Positions 1 through 10,098 of a DNA stretch of 64,000 bases are shown here, one piece after another. Source of the stretch: Nitrospirota bacterium (GTDB lineage Bacteria > Nitrospirota > UBA9217); assembly GCA_963840455.1 (NCBI GenBank), contig CAWIYV010000007.1:416001-480000 (forward strand), written 5' to 3'. How positions within the stretch are numbered: the stretch's first letter is position 1; the number at the start of each line of letters is the position of its first letter. The position numbers and the translations under genes are program-made. Under the pieces are notes generated by a model. It made no database searches. It saw only the letters and a program-made list of their open reading frames with translations, and had not been told where the DNA came from.

Positions 1-260
1 GCGAGGATGGCCTTCACCGTCCGTCCCGCATTCGAGTCGAGCTCAACCACAGCGCAGCGCAGGCTGCAGACGCCGACGGAGATCCCGTCCTCATATTGTA
101 CCAGCATTCTGCTGAATCCGTAGGCCTTCCGGTCCATGCCGCAGTGGACGCAGGAACGGTATTCCGATATATCATCGCCAGCGGGGACAGCCGCTCCCGC
201 CAAGATGACCAGCAGTGATGCACAAAAGAGGACGACGCAAACTCTCAGGTTCATGATCAT
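1..260 (-). CDS. NosL-family copper chaperone-like protein (C-terminus runs off window)
   Basis: Not in the ORF track. Manual translation gives MIMNLRVCVVLFCASLLVILAGAAVPAGDDISEYRSCVHCGMDRKAYGFSRMLVQYEDG..GVCSLRC: signal peptide, CxxCGM and CSxxC motifs. GAGGAG RBS at 264-269. Confidence 0.8.
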   Translation of the reverse strand, partial: MIMNLRVCVVLFCASLLVILAGAAVPAGDDISEYRSCVHCGMDRKAYGFSRMLVQYEDGISVGVCSLRCAVVELDSNAGRTVKAIL

Positions 261-288
261 GTACTCCTCAAAGGGGCGATGGCTCCGA

Positions 289-846
289 TCACGGCAGACC
301 GGCCAGGACATTATGTAACCGCACCCCGTCCTTATAATCTTCGTTCATGCGAACGATTCCCGCACTATCCACGACGACGGTGATCCCCATTGTGCCATGA
401 TAGAGGTTCTCGACCGTATCTTGCGTATCCGCAAGAATCGTCAATGCTGTGCCACTGAAACCGTAATTGGTCGCAGATTGCTGTACCTGTGTAATCGTGT
501 CGCTAACATAATCCACCGCATAGAACCGCACATTCGGAAATGCGGGTATCTGGACATTCACTATATTGTCCATGTGGTCCCAACATATAGGGCACCACAT
601 GGTGAAGTAAAATACCACTCCCTGCAAGCCGGTGGTCGTGAGGACAGAGGAAAGAGTGACATCATTTCCGAACATATCTGGAATGGTGAAATCCGGAGCT
701 AGTTGGCCGGGTAAGGGTCCAATCGTGCCCGGCGTTACGGGGGGCTGCTTGTCGCTCCCGGATGGAAAGAGATCGTCCGTAATGCCGCCGCATCCGGCGA
801 GCATGACAAGGATCATGATGAGGATGCTGTTCTTAACGGAACCCAT
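289..846 (-). CDS. Redoxin/AhpC-TSA-fold lipoprotein
   Basis: Lipobox LAGC, APDFT motif, FTMWCPIC active site. Confidence 0.8.
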   Translation of the reverse strand: MGSVKNSILIMILVMLAGCGGITDDLFPSGSDKQPPVTPGTIGPLPGQLAPDFTIPDMFGNDVTLSSVLTTTGLQGVVFYFTMWCPICWDHMDNIVNVQIPAFPNVRFYAVDYVSDTITQVQQSATNYGFSGTALTILADTQDTVENLYHGTMGITVVVDSAGIVRMNEDYKDGVRLHNVLAGLP

Positions 847-1819
847 AGCTCACTCCCAGGGTATAGATATCGGTGGTCGGGAAGTTATCGCCCCAGCCGT
901 CCTGCCGGACCGCGTGGATCCAGGAGACCCTCGTGCTCCAATCATGGTCGGTGCTTGAATAGGCGAGTGCAGCGCCGATCGACTCCTTCCGAAATCCGCT
1001 CGATGGGTCCTTGGCGTCGTTGTAGGTCCCGTCCGCCTCCCGCAGATAGGAAAAGGACCCCGTGCCTGTCAGTTTGTCCCCGCCGGTGCCGATGTAGTAC
1101 GTGTAGCCGAGGGAAAGGGATGCGGATGTGCGGTCTCCCAAAGTCTTATGGTAAGGATCCACATATCTGCCGTATTCACGATTGACCGATCTCTCAATGT
1201 ACGTTCCATAGCTCAGCGACAGGGATGCGTTCCAGGGATTCACTGTTTTTGCGACAACGATATTGCCATCGAGACGGTAGAAGCCTCGTCCGGTAATATC
1301 GTAGCTGCTCGTCACATCATCATAGGGGGAAATGCCTGTCGGAACCAGCAAGCCCATGCCGATCGTGACCGACGGGATCATATCCTTCATGCTTCGGATC
1401 TTCCAGGCAGACTTGTCGTCGACAGCTTCATACCAGACATTTAGCGTCGTGTCGCCGATCCCATTAGACCGAGAGGTACTTCTTGGATAACCATTGTAAT
1501 TCCAAACATAGGGAACGGTAATGCTTGTCTGCCAGCGTGAAGCAAGGCGCTGGGCTAATCCGAGGTTTAGGCGATATTGCCAAAGATGATAATTTGGTTG
1601 GCTAAAATATTGTCCCTTGTTATTCCAGAGCCCATTGTATTTTTCCACATCTACGGACAGATCGATCATGCCCCGATAGTAACTGGGCAGCAGCAAGGCT
1701 GTTCCTCCACCTCCGCCGCAACAGGAGCCTGCCCAGGTGGAAAGGGGAGAAAGGAGCGCGGCCCCCGTGAAGAGGGCCGCGATCAGGATATAAAATGCCC
1801 GTGCACTTGGCATCAGCAT
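833..1819 (-). CDS. Outer-membrane beta-barrel, putative transporter
   Basis: Signal peptide followed by SCCGGG. Alternating aromatic beta-strands, GIGD and PTG motifs, C-terminal YGF. Confidence 0.65.
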   Translation of the reverse strand: MLMPSARAFYILIAALFTGAALLSPLSTWAGSCCGGGGGTALLLPSYYRGMIDLSVDVEKYNGLWNNKGQYFSQPNYHLWQYRLNLGLAQRLASRWQTSITVPYVWNYNGYPRSTSRSNGIGDTTLNVWYEAVDDKSAWKIRSMKDMIPSVTIGMGLLVPTGISPYDDVTSSYDITGRGFYRLDGNIVVAKTVNPWNASLSLSYGTYIERSVNREYGRYVDPYHKTLGDRTSASLSLGYTYYIGTGGDKLTGTGSFSYLREADGTYNDAKDPSSGFRKESIGAALAYSSTDHDWSTRVSWIHAVRQDGWGDNFPTTDIYTLGVSYGFR

Positions 1820-1821
1820 GC

Positions 1822-3432
1822 CTACTGGGGAGTGACGACGAAGGACGTATATGCGTTGGCACCGGAGGCTGCTGCGCCATCCGTGGTCTTGTCCTGTCCG
1901 TTCACTTGCAACTTGATGTAGATCGTGGCCGTCTGGCCAGATACAAGACCGCCGAGCCCGTTCAGGGACCAGTGGCCGTTGCCTGCGTCCGTTCCGATGA
2001 CCGGCGATGTAAATGACGTATCCGTTGCGGCCGATACGGCCATGGACGTCACCGTTCCCGTCGGACTGCTCAGCACTGAGCCGACCGACGCGGGATTGAA
2101 GTTCATCATCATGTTCTCGGCGTGGGAGATCATAAAGTTCAAGGTTTCGCTGGACGCATTGACCGACCCGTCCCGGAACAGGATGTATCGTGTATACTGC
2201 GTGCCGCTCGGCCCGCTGACGATATCGGCCGGTCCGTATAACCGCTGAACGATCGTATCGGTGCCCATCGCCATGCCGACAGAGGGATAGAATGTCGCTG
2301 ATTCGGCTCCCATCCCCATGCCGATCATGACCTTCATTTCCCAGATCCCCATGTTCAGACCCGAAGCCATAAGATAATAGGCCGTGCAGTCATAGGTGCC
2401 GGGAGTGCCGGATTCGGTGGCAGCATCGACCGGTGTGCCGTGGTTCTTCGTGGACATATGCATCATCGGCATGAGCTTGACCGTCAGGCCCGTTGCGGGC
2501 AAGCCGTCGCTCCGGTTCGTGATCCTGATCTTGAACATTGTTTTGCCTATCGTGGGCCCCATCATTCCCAGAGGAACATATTCGACCCGGTAGGTCGGTG
2601 TCAGCGAGACCTTTGAAAATGATAGATTGCCGACCTGGTCAACGGTCAGACCGGTCAAATTGCGGGTGGTGTTCGATAGACAGGTCACCAAAGCACATTC
2701 GAATTTATTCATAATATCCTCGGGAACGCTTCCCGTGCCGAGCGATACTGGCATTGATACGTTCTTGCCATCGAGAATCCCGTCAGCAAGATCCTGAGCA
2801 AGTGCTTCAAGCAGGTCGAACTGGTCGATCGGGCTGAGGCCAAGGTCCTTGGTCAATTGGCTGAACGCCATGGCCCGAAGGCCCGCGAGGCGCTGCGCCG
2901 TGCTGGATGCAGCGGAATAAGGCGCATTGCAGGGCGCGATGGATGCGTCGGGGGCGAAGCCGAAGGCCGAAGCGAACAGAGCAGATGCATCAGCATTCGT
3001 CCTGCCGTGGATGCGCATGAGATCGGCGATGATCGTTGATGAGGGATCGAGGTTCACGGAGGCATTTGAACCCATGCTTCCCGCCGACATATATGCCGCG
3101 AGGGAACTGGCCGTCGTCGTTGCGCCCGTCGCTTCGTCAACGAACGTTCCGCCGCTTGAACGGAAGAGAATCGTTCCCGTGAGGAAGCTGGACGGAATGC
3201 CAATGCTGTACCTGCCGTCCACGGCCGTGGTGACCGGTCCGGCTATGGTGGTGGTGCCTGTCGAGTTCAGGACAACAACAGTTGCCCCGGATACCGGGGC
3301 CGCGTAGACTGAACCGCTGACAGTCGTGTCTGTTGACGGCGCCGCATTGTTTGAAGAACCGCCGCACCCCGCAAGCAGGGCCAGAAACGCAGCAAGAACC
3401 AAAGCTAATCCTTTGTTCCGTTGTGTCTGCAT
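1822..3432 (-). CDS. Met/His-rich surface lipoprotein with YtkA/FixH-like domain
   Basis: Lipobox LAGC. Contains PMMHMSTKNHGTP, YYLMASG, MKVMIGMGMG and HAENMMM. Confidence 0.6.
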   Translation of the reverse strand: MQTQRNKGLALVLAAFLALLAGCGGSSNNAAPSTDTTVSGSVYAAPVSGATVVVLNSTGTTTIAGPVTTAVDGRYSIGIPSSFLTGTILFRSSGGTFVDEATGATTTASSLAAYMSAGSMGSNASVNLDPSSTIIADLMRIHGRTNADASALFASAFGFAPDASIAPCNAPYSAASSTAQRLAGLRAMAFSQLTKDLGLSPIDQFDLLEALAQDLADGILDGKNVSMPVSLGTGSVPEDIMNKFECALVTCLSNTTRNLTGLTVDQVGNLSFSKVSLTPTYRVEYVPLGMMGPTIGKTMFKIRITNRSDGLPATGLTVKLMPMMHMSTKNHGTPVDAATESGTPGTYDCTAYYLMASGLNMGIWEMKVMIGMGMGAESATFYPSVGMAMGTDTIVQRLYGPADIVSGPSGTQYTRYILFRDGSVNASSETLNFMISHAENMMMNFNPASVGSVLSSPTGTVTSMAVSAATDTSFTSPVIGTDAGNGHWSLNGLGGLVSGQTATIYIKLQVNGQDKTTDGAAASGANAYTSFVVTPQ

Positions 3433-3461
3433 GATTGTGACCTCTCCATGTTCATGAATAG

Positions 3462-3959
3462 TTATAGTCGCGATAAGAGATCAATGATCTCTTGTTCATA
3501 AACCGGTACGAATACCCCGCTGAATCCCTGGTGCACGTATCGGATGATGCTGTCACGGCCGATAAGATAGAGCGCCGGCAGACCGGAAAAGCGGTAGGCT
3601 TCCGCCGTATCGCCCCGCGTGTCCAGGACCACGGGAAAGCCGACAGGCCGCTTTTTCAGAAATGCCGCTAACCGTTCGGCGGTAGCGTCAACTGCTATTC
3701 CGATGACGATGAATCCCTTATCCCGATATATTCGATAGAGCCGATCCAGCTCGGGAAACTCCTCTCTACACGAAAGACACCAGGGGGCCCAGAAAGCGAG
3801 CAGGATAACGTTTCCGTTCAGACTTTCGAGTGAGACCGAACTTCCGTTCACATCAGCAAGCTGAAAAGCAGGCGCTCTATCCCCGGCCTGGACCGCGTTC
3901 ACAGTGGCAGGTGTCAGGACAAGCAAAAGGGCTATGAAGATGTTAATGTTCACGTTCAC
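3462..3959 (-). CDS. TlpA/ResA-family thiol-disulfide reductase
   Basis: Signal peptide, GDRAPAFQL, FWAPWCLSCREEFP. Confidence 0.85.
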   Translation of the reverse strand: MNVNINIFIALLLVLTPATVNAVQAGDRAPAFQLADVNGSSVSLESLNGNVILLAFWAPWCLSCREEFPELDRLYRIYRDKGFIVIGIAVDATAERLAAFLKKRPVGFPVVLDTRGDTAEAYRFSGLPALYLIGRDSIIRYVHQGFSGVFVPVYEQEIIDLLSRL

Positions 3960-3971
3960 TCTGAAAGAAAT

Positions 3972-4033
3972 GGCTCCGCCTCAGAAATATCTTGAGCAGC
4001 AGGGATGATGCCGGATACTTCCGAAGCGGAGCC
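3972..4033 (-). promoter_or_regulatory. 20-bp stem-loop just upstream of tlpA, covering a GGAG and followed by a U-rich tract
   Basis: On the minus strand GGCTCCGCTTCGGAAGTATC pairs with GATATTTCTGAGGCGGAGCC. All three non-Watson-Crick positions are G-U on this strand. Confidence 0.6.
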
Positions 4034-4149
4034 GGGCGAAAGGGGGAGAAACGCCCATAGGTGTGAGCCGGCTTGCAGGACGGCGCACAAACGCAACCGG
4101 ATCGCGGTGCGCATTTCGACACGCTTACGGAAATACTGGAAACGAGGGG

Positions 4150-4437
4150 TTACGACCTGGGGGGATGTTCGCTGCTACTGGTGAGGATCAGTTCAGTGAA
4201 GACCGGATGGACCGGTTCGGTGAAAGATACGGAAAGGGTGGGAGGTGCAGTGCAGGGTGCCAGACCGACGCAGGGCATCTCGCCGTTCGAAGAAAGGGCC
4301 GGTGCGGCAGAGTGGCAGACGTCGAGAGTGCCCAGGAACGAGCGTCCGTCATTCACGGCCATGAACGACAACGATGTCACCGGAGCGAGGACCGTGAACG
4401 CGAGGACGATCAGCAGGATGAATGTTACCGACTTCAT
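4150..4437 (-). CDS. Small exported Cys-containing protein ending EHPPRS (DUF2946/CutF/CruR-like leader candidate)
   Basis: Hydrophobic N-terminus, three Cys (LDVCH, MPC, APC), C-terminal Pro-Pro motif. First ORF of the operon. Confidence 0.55.
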   Translation of the reverse strand: MKSVTFILLIVLAFTVLAPVTSLSFMAVNDGRSFLGTLDVCHSAAPALSSNGEMPCVGLAPCTAPPTLSVSFTEPVHPVFTELILTSSSEHPPRS

Positions 4438-4443
4438 AGTTGA

Positions 4444-4472
4444 AGTATAGAAATAAAATATCGTCCTGTCAA
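4444..4472 (-). promoter_or_regulatory. Sigma70 promoter TTGACA-N17-TATACT, 6 nt before ATG (leaderless)
   Basis: Direct read of the sequence. Confidence 0.7.
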
Positions 4473-4783
4473 CGTAAAGTTTTAATTATTGTTGGTTTGA
4501 TGTGTGCCATATCGCGTTCATGGTAAGCTCTTTTGCGGGTTTTTATAACTGGAATGCCGCAAAATAGTGCACGAAGTTCAGCAGGAGGGTGTGAAACATC
4601 TGTCATGTGTATTTGCTCAATAGCCTGACGAGGTTCTATGATTCCGGATCTTGCGCTTCGACGCTGAGTGCATCCGGGTAGGCAGCAATGTTCGAAGCGA
4701 ACTTAACGGGGAATCAACACTGGATTTTTGAACGCTAACGGTAATGAGCACGATGAAACTCACGGTAATTACTGAATTCTTTA

Positions 4784-4812
4784 TTGACACCTCCCGGCAA
4801 ATACGGTAATTT
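4784..4812 (+). promoter_or_regulatory. Sigma70 promoter TTGACA-N17-TAATTT, 5 nt before mobA ATG
   Basis: Direct read; no SD before the ATG. Confidence 0.65.
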
Positions 4813-4817
4813 TAACC

Positions 4818-5396
4818 ATGACGGGCATCATTCTTGCCGGTGGAGAAAGCCGGCGCATGGGCACGGACAAGGCCCTGCTCGATATCAACGGCAGGCCCAT
4901 GATCGAACATGTTCTTGCAGTATTTGCAGGTCTGTTCAAGAAGACCATCATTGTCACGAACACGCCGGACCGATACCGGATGTACGGCGTCGAGCTGACC
5001 AGTGATGTCCTTGACATCCGTGGTCCACTGACCGGCATCTATTCGGGGCTGCTCAGATCGCATGATGAGTATAATTTCGTCGCAGCCTGCGACATGCCCT
5101 TTCTGAACCCCCGGCTCATAGCGTACATGGGAGAGCTGGCTGCGGGACATGATGCCGTGGTCCCGATGTTCGGCGGCGGTTTTCTCGAGCCGCTCCACGC
5201 GATCTACCGCAAGGGTATCTTCCCGGTCATCGAGATGCAGGTCCGGAAGCAGGACCGCAGGATCCGGGGTATGTTCGATCATATTCAGGTCAGGTATGTA
5301 ACAGAAGAAGAGATCGTCCGGTTCGACCCGCTGAAAAAGTCATTCAGGAATTTAAATACACCGAAGGAGTACAAGGAGGCAGTATGTTTGGATTAG
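4818..5396 (+). CDS. mobA: Molybdenum cofactor guanylyltransferase
   Basis: [39 protein letters not shown]. Confidence 0.92.
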   Translation: MTGIILAGGESRRMGTDKALLDINGRPMIEHVLAVFAGLFKKTIIVTNTPDRYRMYGVELTSDVLDIRGPLTGIYSGLLRSHDEYNFVAACDMPFLNPRLIAYMGELAAGHDAVVPMFGGGFLEPLHAIYRKGIFPVIEMQVRKQDRRIRGMFDHIQVRYVTEEEIVRFDPLKKSFRNLNTPKEYKEAVCLD

Positions 5397-5566
5397 GAAT
5401 GCCGGAGCTGTTGGTCATTCTGGTCATTGTCATTATCATCTTTGGGGCCAGCCGTCTCCCGCAGCTGGGCGAAGGGCTCGGCAAGGCCATTAAAGGCTTT
5501 AAGAAGGGGATCGCGGACAGCAACGAGGCGAACAAGGACTCGTCCAAGCCTGAAAATAAGTCATAA
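5384..5566 (+). CDS. tatA: Twin-arginine translocase subunit TatA/E
   Basis: [40 protein letters not shown]; AGGAGG RBS. Confidence 0.95.
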   Translation: MFGLGMPELLVILVIVIIIFGASRLPQLGEGLGKAIKGFKKGIADSNEANKDSSKPENKS

Positions 5567-5588
5567 CCGGGAACGCGGGGCGTCGGCG

Positions 5589-7343
5589 ATGAAATGGGTA
5601 CTCGCAGAACATGATGCGGGGGCCGTTTCGCGGCTCTCGGACCAGGCCGGCATCCACCCGCTCATCGCACGGCTCATGGTCGCCCGGGGGATCACCGACG
5701 CCGCCGCTGCGCTTGTCTTCCTTTCCCGTGACCTTTCCTCGCTCTCCGATCCACGGGCCCTCCGCGGCATGGACAGGGCCGTCGGCCGCATCCGTCAGGC
5801 GATCTCTTCAGGCGAACCCATAACCGTTTACGGTGATTACGATGTTGACGGCGTGACCGGCGCCGCGCTGCTTTTCCTCGCGCTGCGGGAGCTGGGCGCC
5901 AGGGTCGATAGCTACATTCCGGACAGGATGACCGAAGGGTACGGCCTGAACGCAGAGGCTCTGGGCCGCATCAAGGCCTCCGGCGCGGCACTTGTCATCA
6001 CCGTCGATTGCGGTATCAGCGCCGTCAATCAGGCTGCCGCTGCCCGAGCACTGGGCCTCGACCTCATCATCACCGACCACCATGAATCGGCAGCGGTCCA
6101 CTGGGAGGGGCCGTCACCTGCCCCGGGTGTTCTGCCGGAGGCGTTTGCGGTCATCCATCCAGGGCTGGTCCAACCGGGAACTTCCGATGCCGTACGGGAT
6201 AGCATCGGCGGTCTCACGGGTGTGGGCGTCGCCTTCAAACTGGCACAGGCGCTCGCGGACCTGCCTGCCGGCGATGAACGCATGATGCAGTATCTCGACC
6301 TGGTGACCCTGGGGACCATTGCCGACATCGGCAGGCTCACGGGAGAAAACCGGGTCCTCGTGGGGCATGGGCTGGATATCCTCTCGTCGGAGCCGCCGCG
6401 CCTCCGGCCCGGCATCGCAGCGTTGAAGCAGGTCGCGAACCTGAGCGGCAAGAAGGTGAGCGTCGGGACCGTGGGCTTCACCCTGGCGCCGAGGATCAAC
6501 GCCAGCGGAAGGCTCGAGCGCGCCGACACCGCCTTCCGGCTCATGACCACGGGTTCGCCCGACGAGGCTCTGCACCTGGCGACCATGCTGGACCGGGTCA
6601 ACCGTGAGCGACAGGCGGTCGAAGAGGCCATCTGGGGGTCGGCCCGCGAGCTCTGCCTCCAGGCGGACATGGCGAACACCGGCGCCTTCATCCTGTCGTC
6701 CGATGAATGGCACCCCGGCGTGATCGGGATCGTGGCGTCGAGGATCGTCGAGGAGTTCTACCGTCCCACGGCGCTCATCTCGGTTAAGGACGGCGTGGGG
6801 AAGGGGTCTGCGCGGAGCATTCCGGGCTTCGACCTGTACCAGGGGCTGTCAGCCTGCTCTGACCTGCTCCTCGGGTTCGGCGGGCATAAGTACGCCGCCG
6901 GCCTTACGGTGGCCGTGGACCAGATCCAGCCCCTCAGGGAGCGGCTGAGCGCGGCAGTGCTCGAACTGTTCGGCCCCAACGGGTTCGTGAGGACCCTGTC
7001 CATCGATTCACCGGTCACTTTTGACGACCTGACTTTCGACCTGCTGCGCGACATCGAGCGGATGGCGCCCTTCGGCCAGGGCAATCCCGAACCGCGGTTC
7101 GGAGCCAAGGGCCTCGAGGTCCTGTCTCTCCGTCCGGTGAAGGACAACAAGCACCTGAAGCTCCGGCTCCGCCAGCAGAACAACCTGCAGTTCGATGCCA
7201 TCGCTTTCAACAAGGGTGAGTCGCTCGGAAGCCGGCTCCGGACCGGGACGCAGGTCGCCGCAGTGTTCACGCCGCGGATCAACACTTGGAACGGTATCAC
7301 GAACATACAGCTGGAGATCAGGGACATCAAGGTAGAAAAATGA
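5589..7343 (+). CDS. recJ: ssDNA-specific exonuclease RecJ
   Basis: GDYDVDG, ITVDCG, TDHH, PRINASGR, GSARS, GGHKYAAG, PFGQGNPEP. Start moved to the ATG at 5589. Confidence 0.95.
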   Translation: MKWVLAEHDAGAVSRLSDQAGIHPLIARLMVARGITDAAAALVFLSRDLSSLSDPRALRGMDRAVGRIRQAISSGEPITVYGDYDVDGVTGAALLFLALRELGARVDSYIPDRMTEGYGLNAEALGRIKASGAALVITVDCGISAVNQAAAARALGLDLIITDHHESAAVHWEGPSPAPGVLPEAFAVIHPGLVQPGTSDAVRDSIGGLTGVGVAFKLAQALADLPAGDERMMQYLDLVTLGTIADIGRLTGENRVLVGHGLDILSSEPPRLRPGIAALKQVANLSGKKVSVGTVGFTLAPRINASGRLERADTAFRLMTTGSPDEALHLATMLDRVNRERQAVEEAIWGSARELCLQADMANTGAFILSSDEWHPGVIGIVASRIVEEFYRPTALISVKDGVGKGSARSIPGFDLYQGLSACSDLLLGFGGHKYAAGLTVAVDQIQPLRERLSAAVLELFGPNGFVRTLSIDSPVTFDDLTFDLLRDIERMAPFGQGNPEPRFGAKGLEVLSLRPVKDNKHLKLRLRQQNNLQFDAIAFNKGESLGSRLRTGTQVAAVFTPRINTWNGITNIQLEIRDIKVEK

Positions 7344-7429
7344 ACGTACAGATAATTATTATAGGATCTTCTCCCTCTTATGTGGGTAACATTGTCCGCT
7401 ACCTAATAAGAATCGTGTTTTCTGCATAT

Positions 7430-7586
7430 CCCCTTCGCATCCTGAATGAATTTCCTGACCCGTCTACGGCCACGTCCGCTCGCCCGCGCAAACTCGGCCT
7501 GCGGCCTCAGACATGCGCGTTCGCCCTGCGGGACGCTTCCTTAGGCCAAGACGGGTGCCCAGAAAATTCATAGGGACGCTCCGGGG
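7430..7586. repeat. ~157-nt imperfect branched palindrome (MITE/REP-like or ncRNA)
   Basis: ATGAATTTCCTGACCCGTCT..GGCC pairs with GGCCAAGACGGGT..CAGAAAATTCAT, with internal sub-hairpins. Confidence 0.45.
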
Positions 7587-7940
7587 ACATGCGGGATTTG
7601 GGTATAGGCCTGTGCATCTGCCTTTCCAAAAGCTCCTGCATCCCGTGAACAGGTCCGTGCACAAGCATGCGCAGGCGGTCACGGCAGGTGCCATCACCAA
7701 GCCAGGCAGACACGGCTGAGCCCGTTTTGACGGGCGAGGGGAAGTGCTGCTTTACCCAATGAATATTGTTATCAGTACCAGTCCTGCATGCCTGCGCGGA
7801 CCTGTGAACCGGGGTGCAGAAAAAATGGCATCGTGAATTTTATCTTTTTTGACGACTGTAAATAGTTGCATGCTGCACAATTGCTTTGGAAATGAGTTTT
7901 TTGATATAGTGCATGATCGTTCGTGCTTGCATATAAATCT

Positions 7941-10097
7941 ATGACAAACGTCCGTCTTGAAGACATCGTCGAACGGCTCCAGAGCAACAATCCGGAGGCC
8001 GATGTGGACCTGGTGAGGCGCGCCTACATCTTTTCGGCAAAGGCGCACCAGGGACAGATGCGGCTGTCCGGCGAGTCCTACCTCATCCATCCCCTCGACG
8101 TGGCCAAGATCCTTTCGGAGCTTCGGATGGACCCGGCTACCGTTGCGGCTGGGATCCTTCACGACACCATCGAGGACACCACCTCGACCCTCGAGGAGAT
8201 CCGCTCGCTCTTCGGCGACGAAGTGGCCAAGCTCGTGGACGGCATGACGAAGCTTTCGCGCATGGAGCTCCAGAGCCGCGAGGAGCGTGAGGCGCAGAAC
8301 TTCCGCAAGATGATCGTGGCCATGTCCAACGACATCCGAGTCATCCTGATCAAGCTTGCCGACCGGCTCCACAACATGCGCACGCTGACATTCCTCCCTC
8401 CTGAAAAGCAGAAGCGCACCGCCCAGGAGACCCTGGACATCTACGCGCCCCTCGCGAACCGACTGGGGATCCAGAAGTTCAAGACCGAGCTCGAGGACCT
8501 CTCGTTCCGGTATCTGCACCCCGAGGAGTACCGTGACATCGCGGACAAGGTCGCCCAGAAGCGCATGGAGCGTCAGGCCTACATCGATGATCTGATCGAG
8601 ATCGTGAAACGCCAGCTCGCGGAGCACGGCTACAAGGGCGATGTGAAGGGACGGCCCAAACATTTCTACGGCATCTGGCAGAAGATGCAGAAGCAGGGCA
8701 TCTCCTTCGACGACGTCTACGACCTCATCGCGGTGAGGATCATCACGGACAGCAAGGTCAACTGCTACGCCATCCTCGGTCTGATCCACTCCCTCTGGAC
8801 GCCGGTCCCGGGCCGTTTCAAGGATTTCATCGGCGTTCCGAAGTCGAACTTGTACCAGTCGCTCCACACAACGGTCATCGGCCCCAAGGGCGAGCGCGTG
8901 GAGTTCCAGATCCGCACCGAGGAAATGCACCGCCTCGCCGAGGAAGGCATCGCCGCGCACTGGCGGTACAAGGAAAAGTCCGCCATGAGCCAGAGCGAGG
9001 AGCAGCAGTTCGCCTGGCTCCGCCAGCTCCTGGAGTGGCAGAGCGACCTGACCGACGCCAAAGAGTTCATGGACACGGTCAAGGGAGACCTCTTCCCGGA
9101 CATGGTCTATATCTTCACCCCCAAGGGCGACGTGCGGGAGCTGCCGCAGGGCTCCACGCCGGTGGACTTCGCCTATGCCGTGCACACCGATATAGGCCAC
9201 CAGTGCGTGGGCGCCAAGATCAACGGGAAGATCGTGCCGCTCAAACACGTGCTCCGGAACGGCGACCGGATCGAGATCATCACGCAGACCGGCCACACAC
9301 CGAGCCGCGACTGGCTTAAGTTCGTCAAGACCTCCAAGGCCCGCACAAGGATCAAGGCGTGGGTCAAGACCGAAGAACGCCGGAGGAGCATCCTGCTCGG
9401 CAAGGAACTGCTCGAAAAGGACCTGCGCAAGCACGACCTGAATCCCTCGAAGGTCTTCAAGTCCGACGACATCCATCGCGTGGCCCACGAGCTGTCCAGC
9501 AATACGGTCGAGGACATGCTCGCGGCCATCGGCTACGGCAAGATGTCGGCGCACATGGTGGCGAACAAGCTGGCGCCTGACCGGCCCCATGTGGAGCCCC
9601 TGCCGAAGAAGCCGCACAAGAAGCCGGCTCAGGAGCGAAAAGGCGCCGGCACCGGCATGAACATCAGCGGCATGGACAGCATGCTGTTCCATCTTTCCAA
9701 GTGCTGCAATCCCGTGCCCGGAGACCGCGTGGTGGGGTTCATCACGCGCGGACGGGGCATTTCCATTCATACGACGGACTGCCCGAACGTCTCCGACCTC
9801 GCGCTCGACCGCGAGCGGGTCGTCGAGGTGTCCTGGGGCGATTTTCAGCCCACGGCCCACGAGGTAAAGATCTCCGTGAGGACTGCGGACAAACCGGGCC
9901 TGCTGGCGAACGTCTCGTCGTCCATCAGCGCGGCTGAAGCGAACATCACCCACGCCGAGGTCACCACCGACAAGGACAAACAAGCCACCCTCAACTTCAC
10001 CATCGACATCAAGGACGTGGAGCACCTGAACCGCATCATCAAGTCGATCGAGGGCGTCGACGGGGTAATGGACGTCCGGCGGGTGAAGGCGGGATGA
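7941..10097 (+). CDS. spoT: Bifunctional (p)ppGpp synthetase/hydrolase (long RSH)
   Basis: HD domain (LHDTIED), KLADRLHNMRT, YQSLHT, EFQIRT, TGS, CC-zinc and ACT domains. Confidence 0.93.
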   Translation: MTNVRLEDIVERLQSNNPEADVDLVRRAYIFSAKAHQGQMRLSGESYLIHPLDVAKILSELRMDPATVAAGILHDTIEDTTSTLEEIRSLFGDEVAKLVDGMTKLSRMELQSREEREAQNFRKMIVAMSNDIRVILIKLADRLHNMRTLTFLPPEKQKRTAQETLDIYAPLANRLGIQKFKTELEDLSFRYLHPEEYRDIADKVAQKRMERQAYIDDLIEIVKRQLAEHGYKGDVKGRPKHFYGIWQKMQKQGISFDDVYDLIAVRIITDSKVNCYAILGLIHSLWTPVPGRFKDFIGVPKSNLYQSLHTTVIGPKGERVEFQIRTEEMHRLAEEGIAAHWRYKEKSAMSQSEEQQFAWLRQLLEWQSDLTDAKEFMDTVKGDLFPDMVYIFTPKGDVRELPQGSTPVDFAYAVHTDIGHQCVGAKINGKIVPLKHVLRNGDRIEIITQTGHTPSRDWLKFVKTSKARTRIKAWVKTEERRRSILLGKELLEKDLRKHDLNPSKVFKSDDIHRVAHELSSNTVEDMLAAIGYGKMSAHMVANKLAPDRPHVEPLPKKPHKKPAQERKGAGTGMNISGMDSMLFHLSKCCNPVPGDRVVGFITRGRGISIHTTDCPNVSDLALDRERVVEVSWGDFQPTAHEVKISVRTADKPGLLANVSSSISAAEANITHAEVTTDKDKQATLNFTIDIKDVEHLNRIIKSIEGVDGVMDVRRVKAG

Positions 10098-10098
10098 G

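Noticed and set aside
7430-7586. Possible 6S RNA
   Set aside because: No recognisable central-bubble consensus and not the usual gene context; left as an unexplained palindrome.
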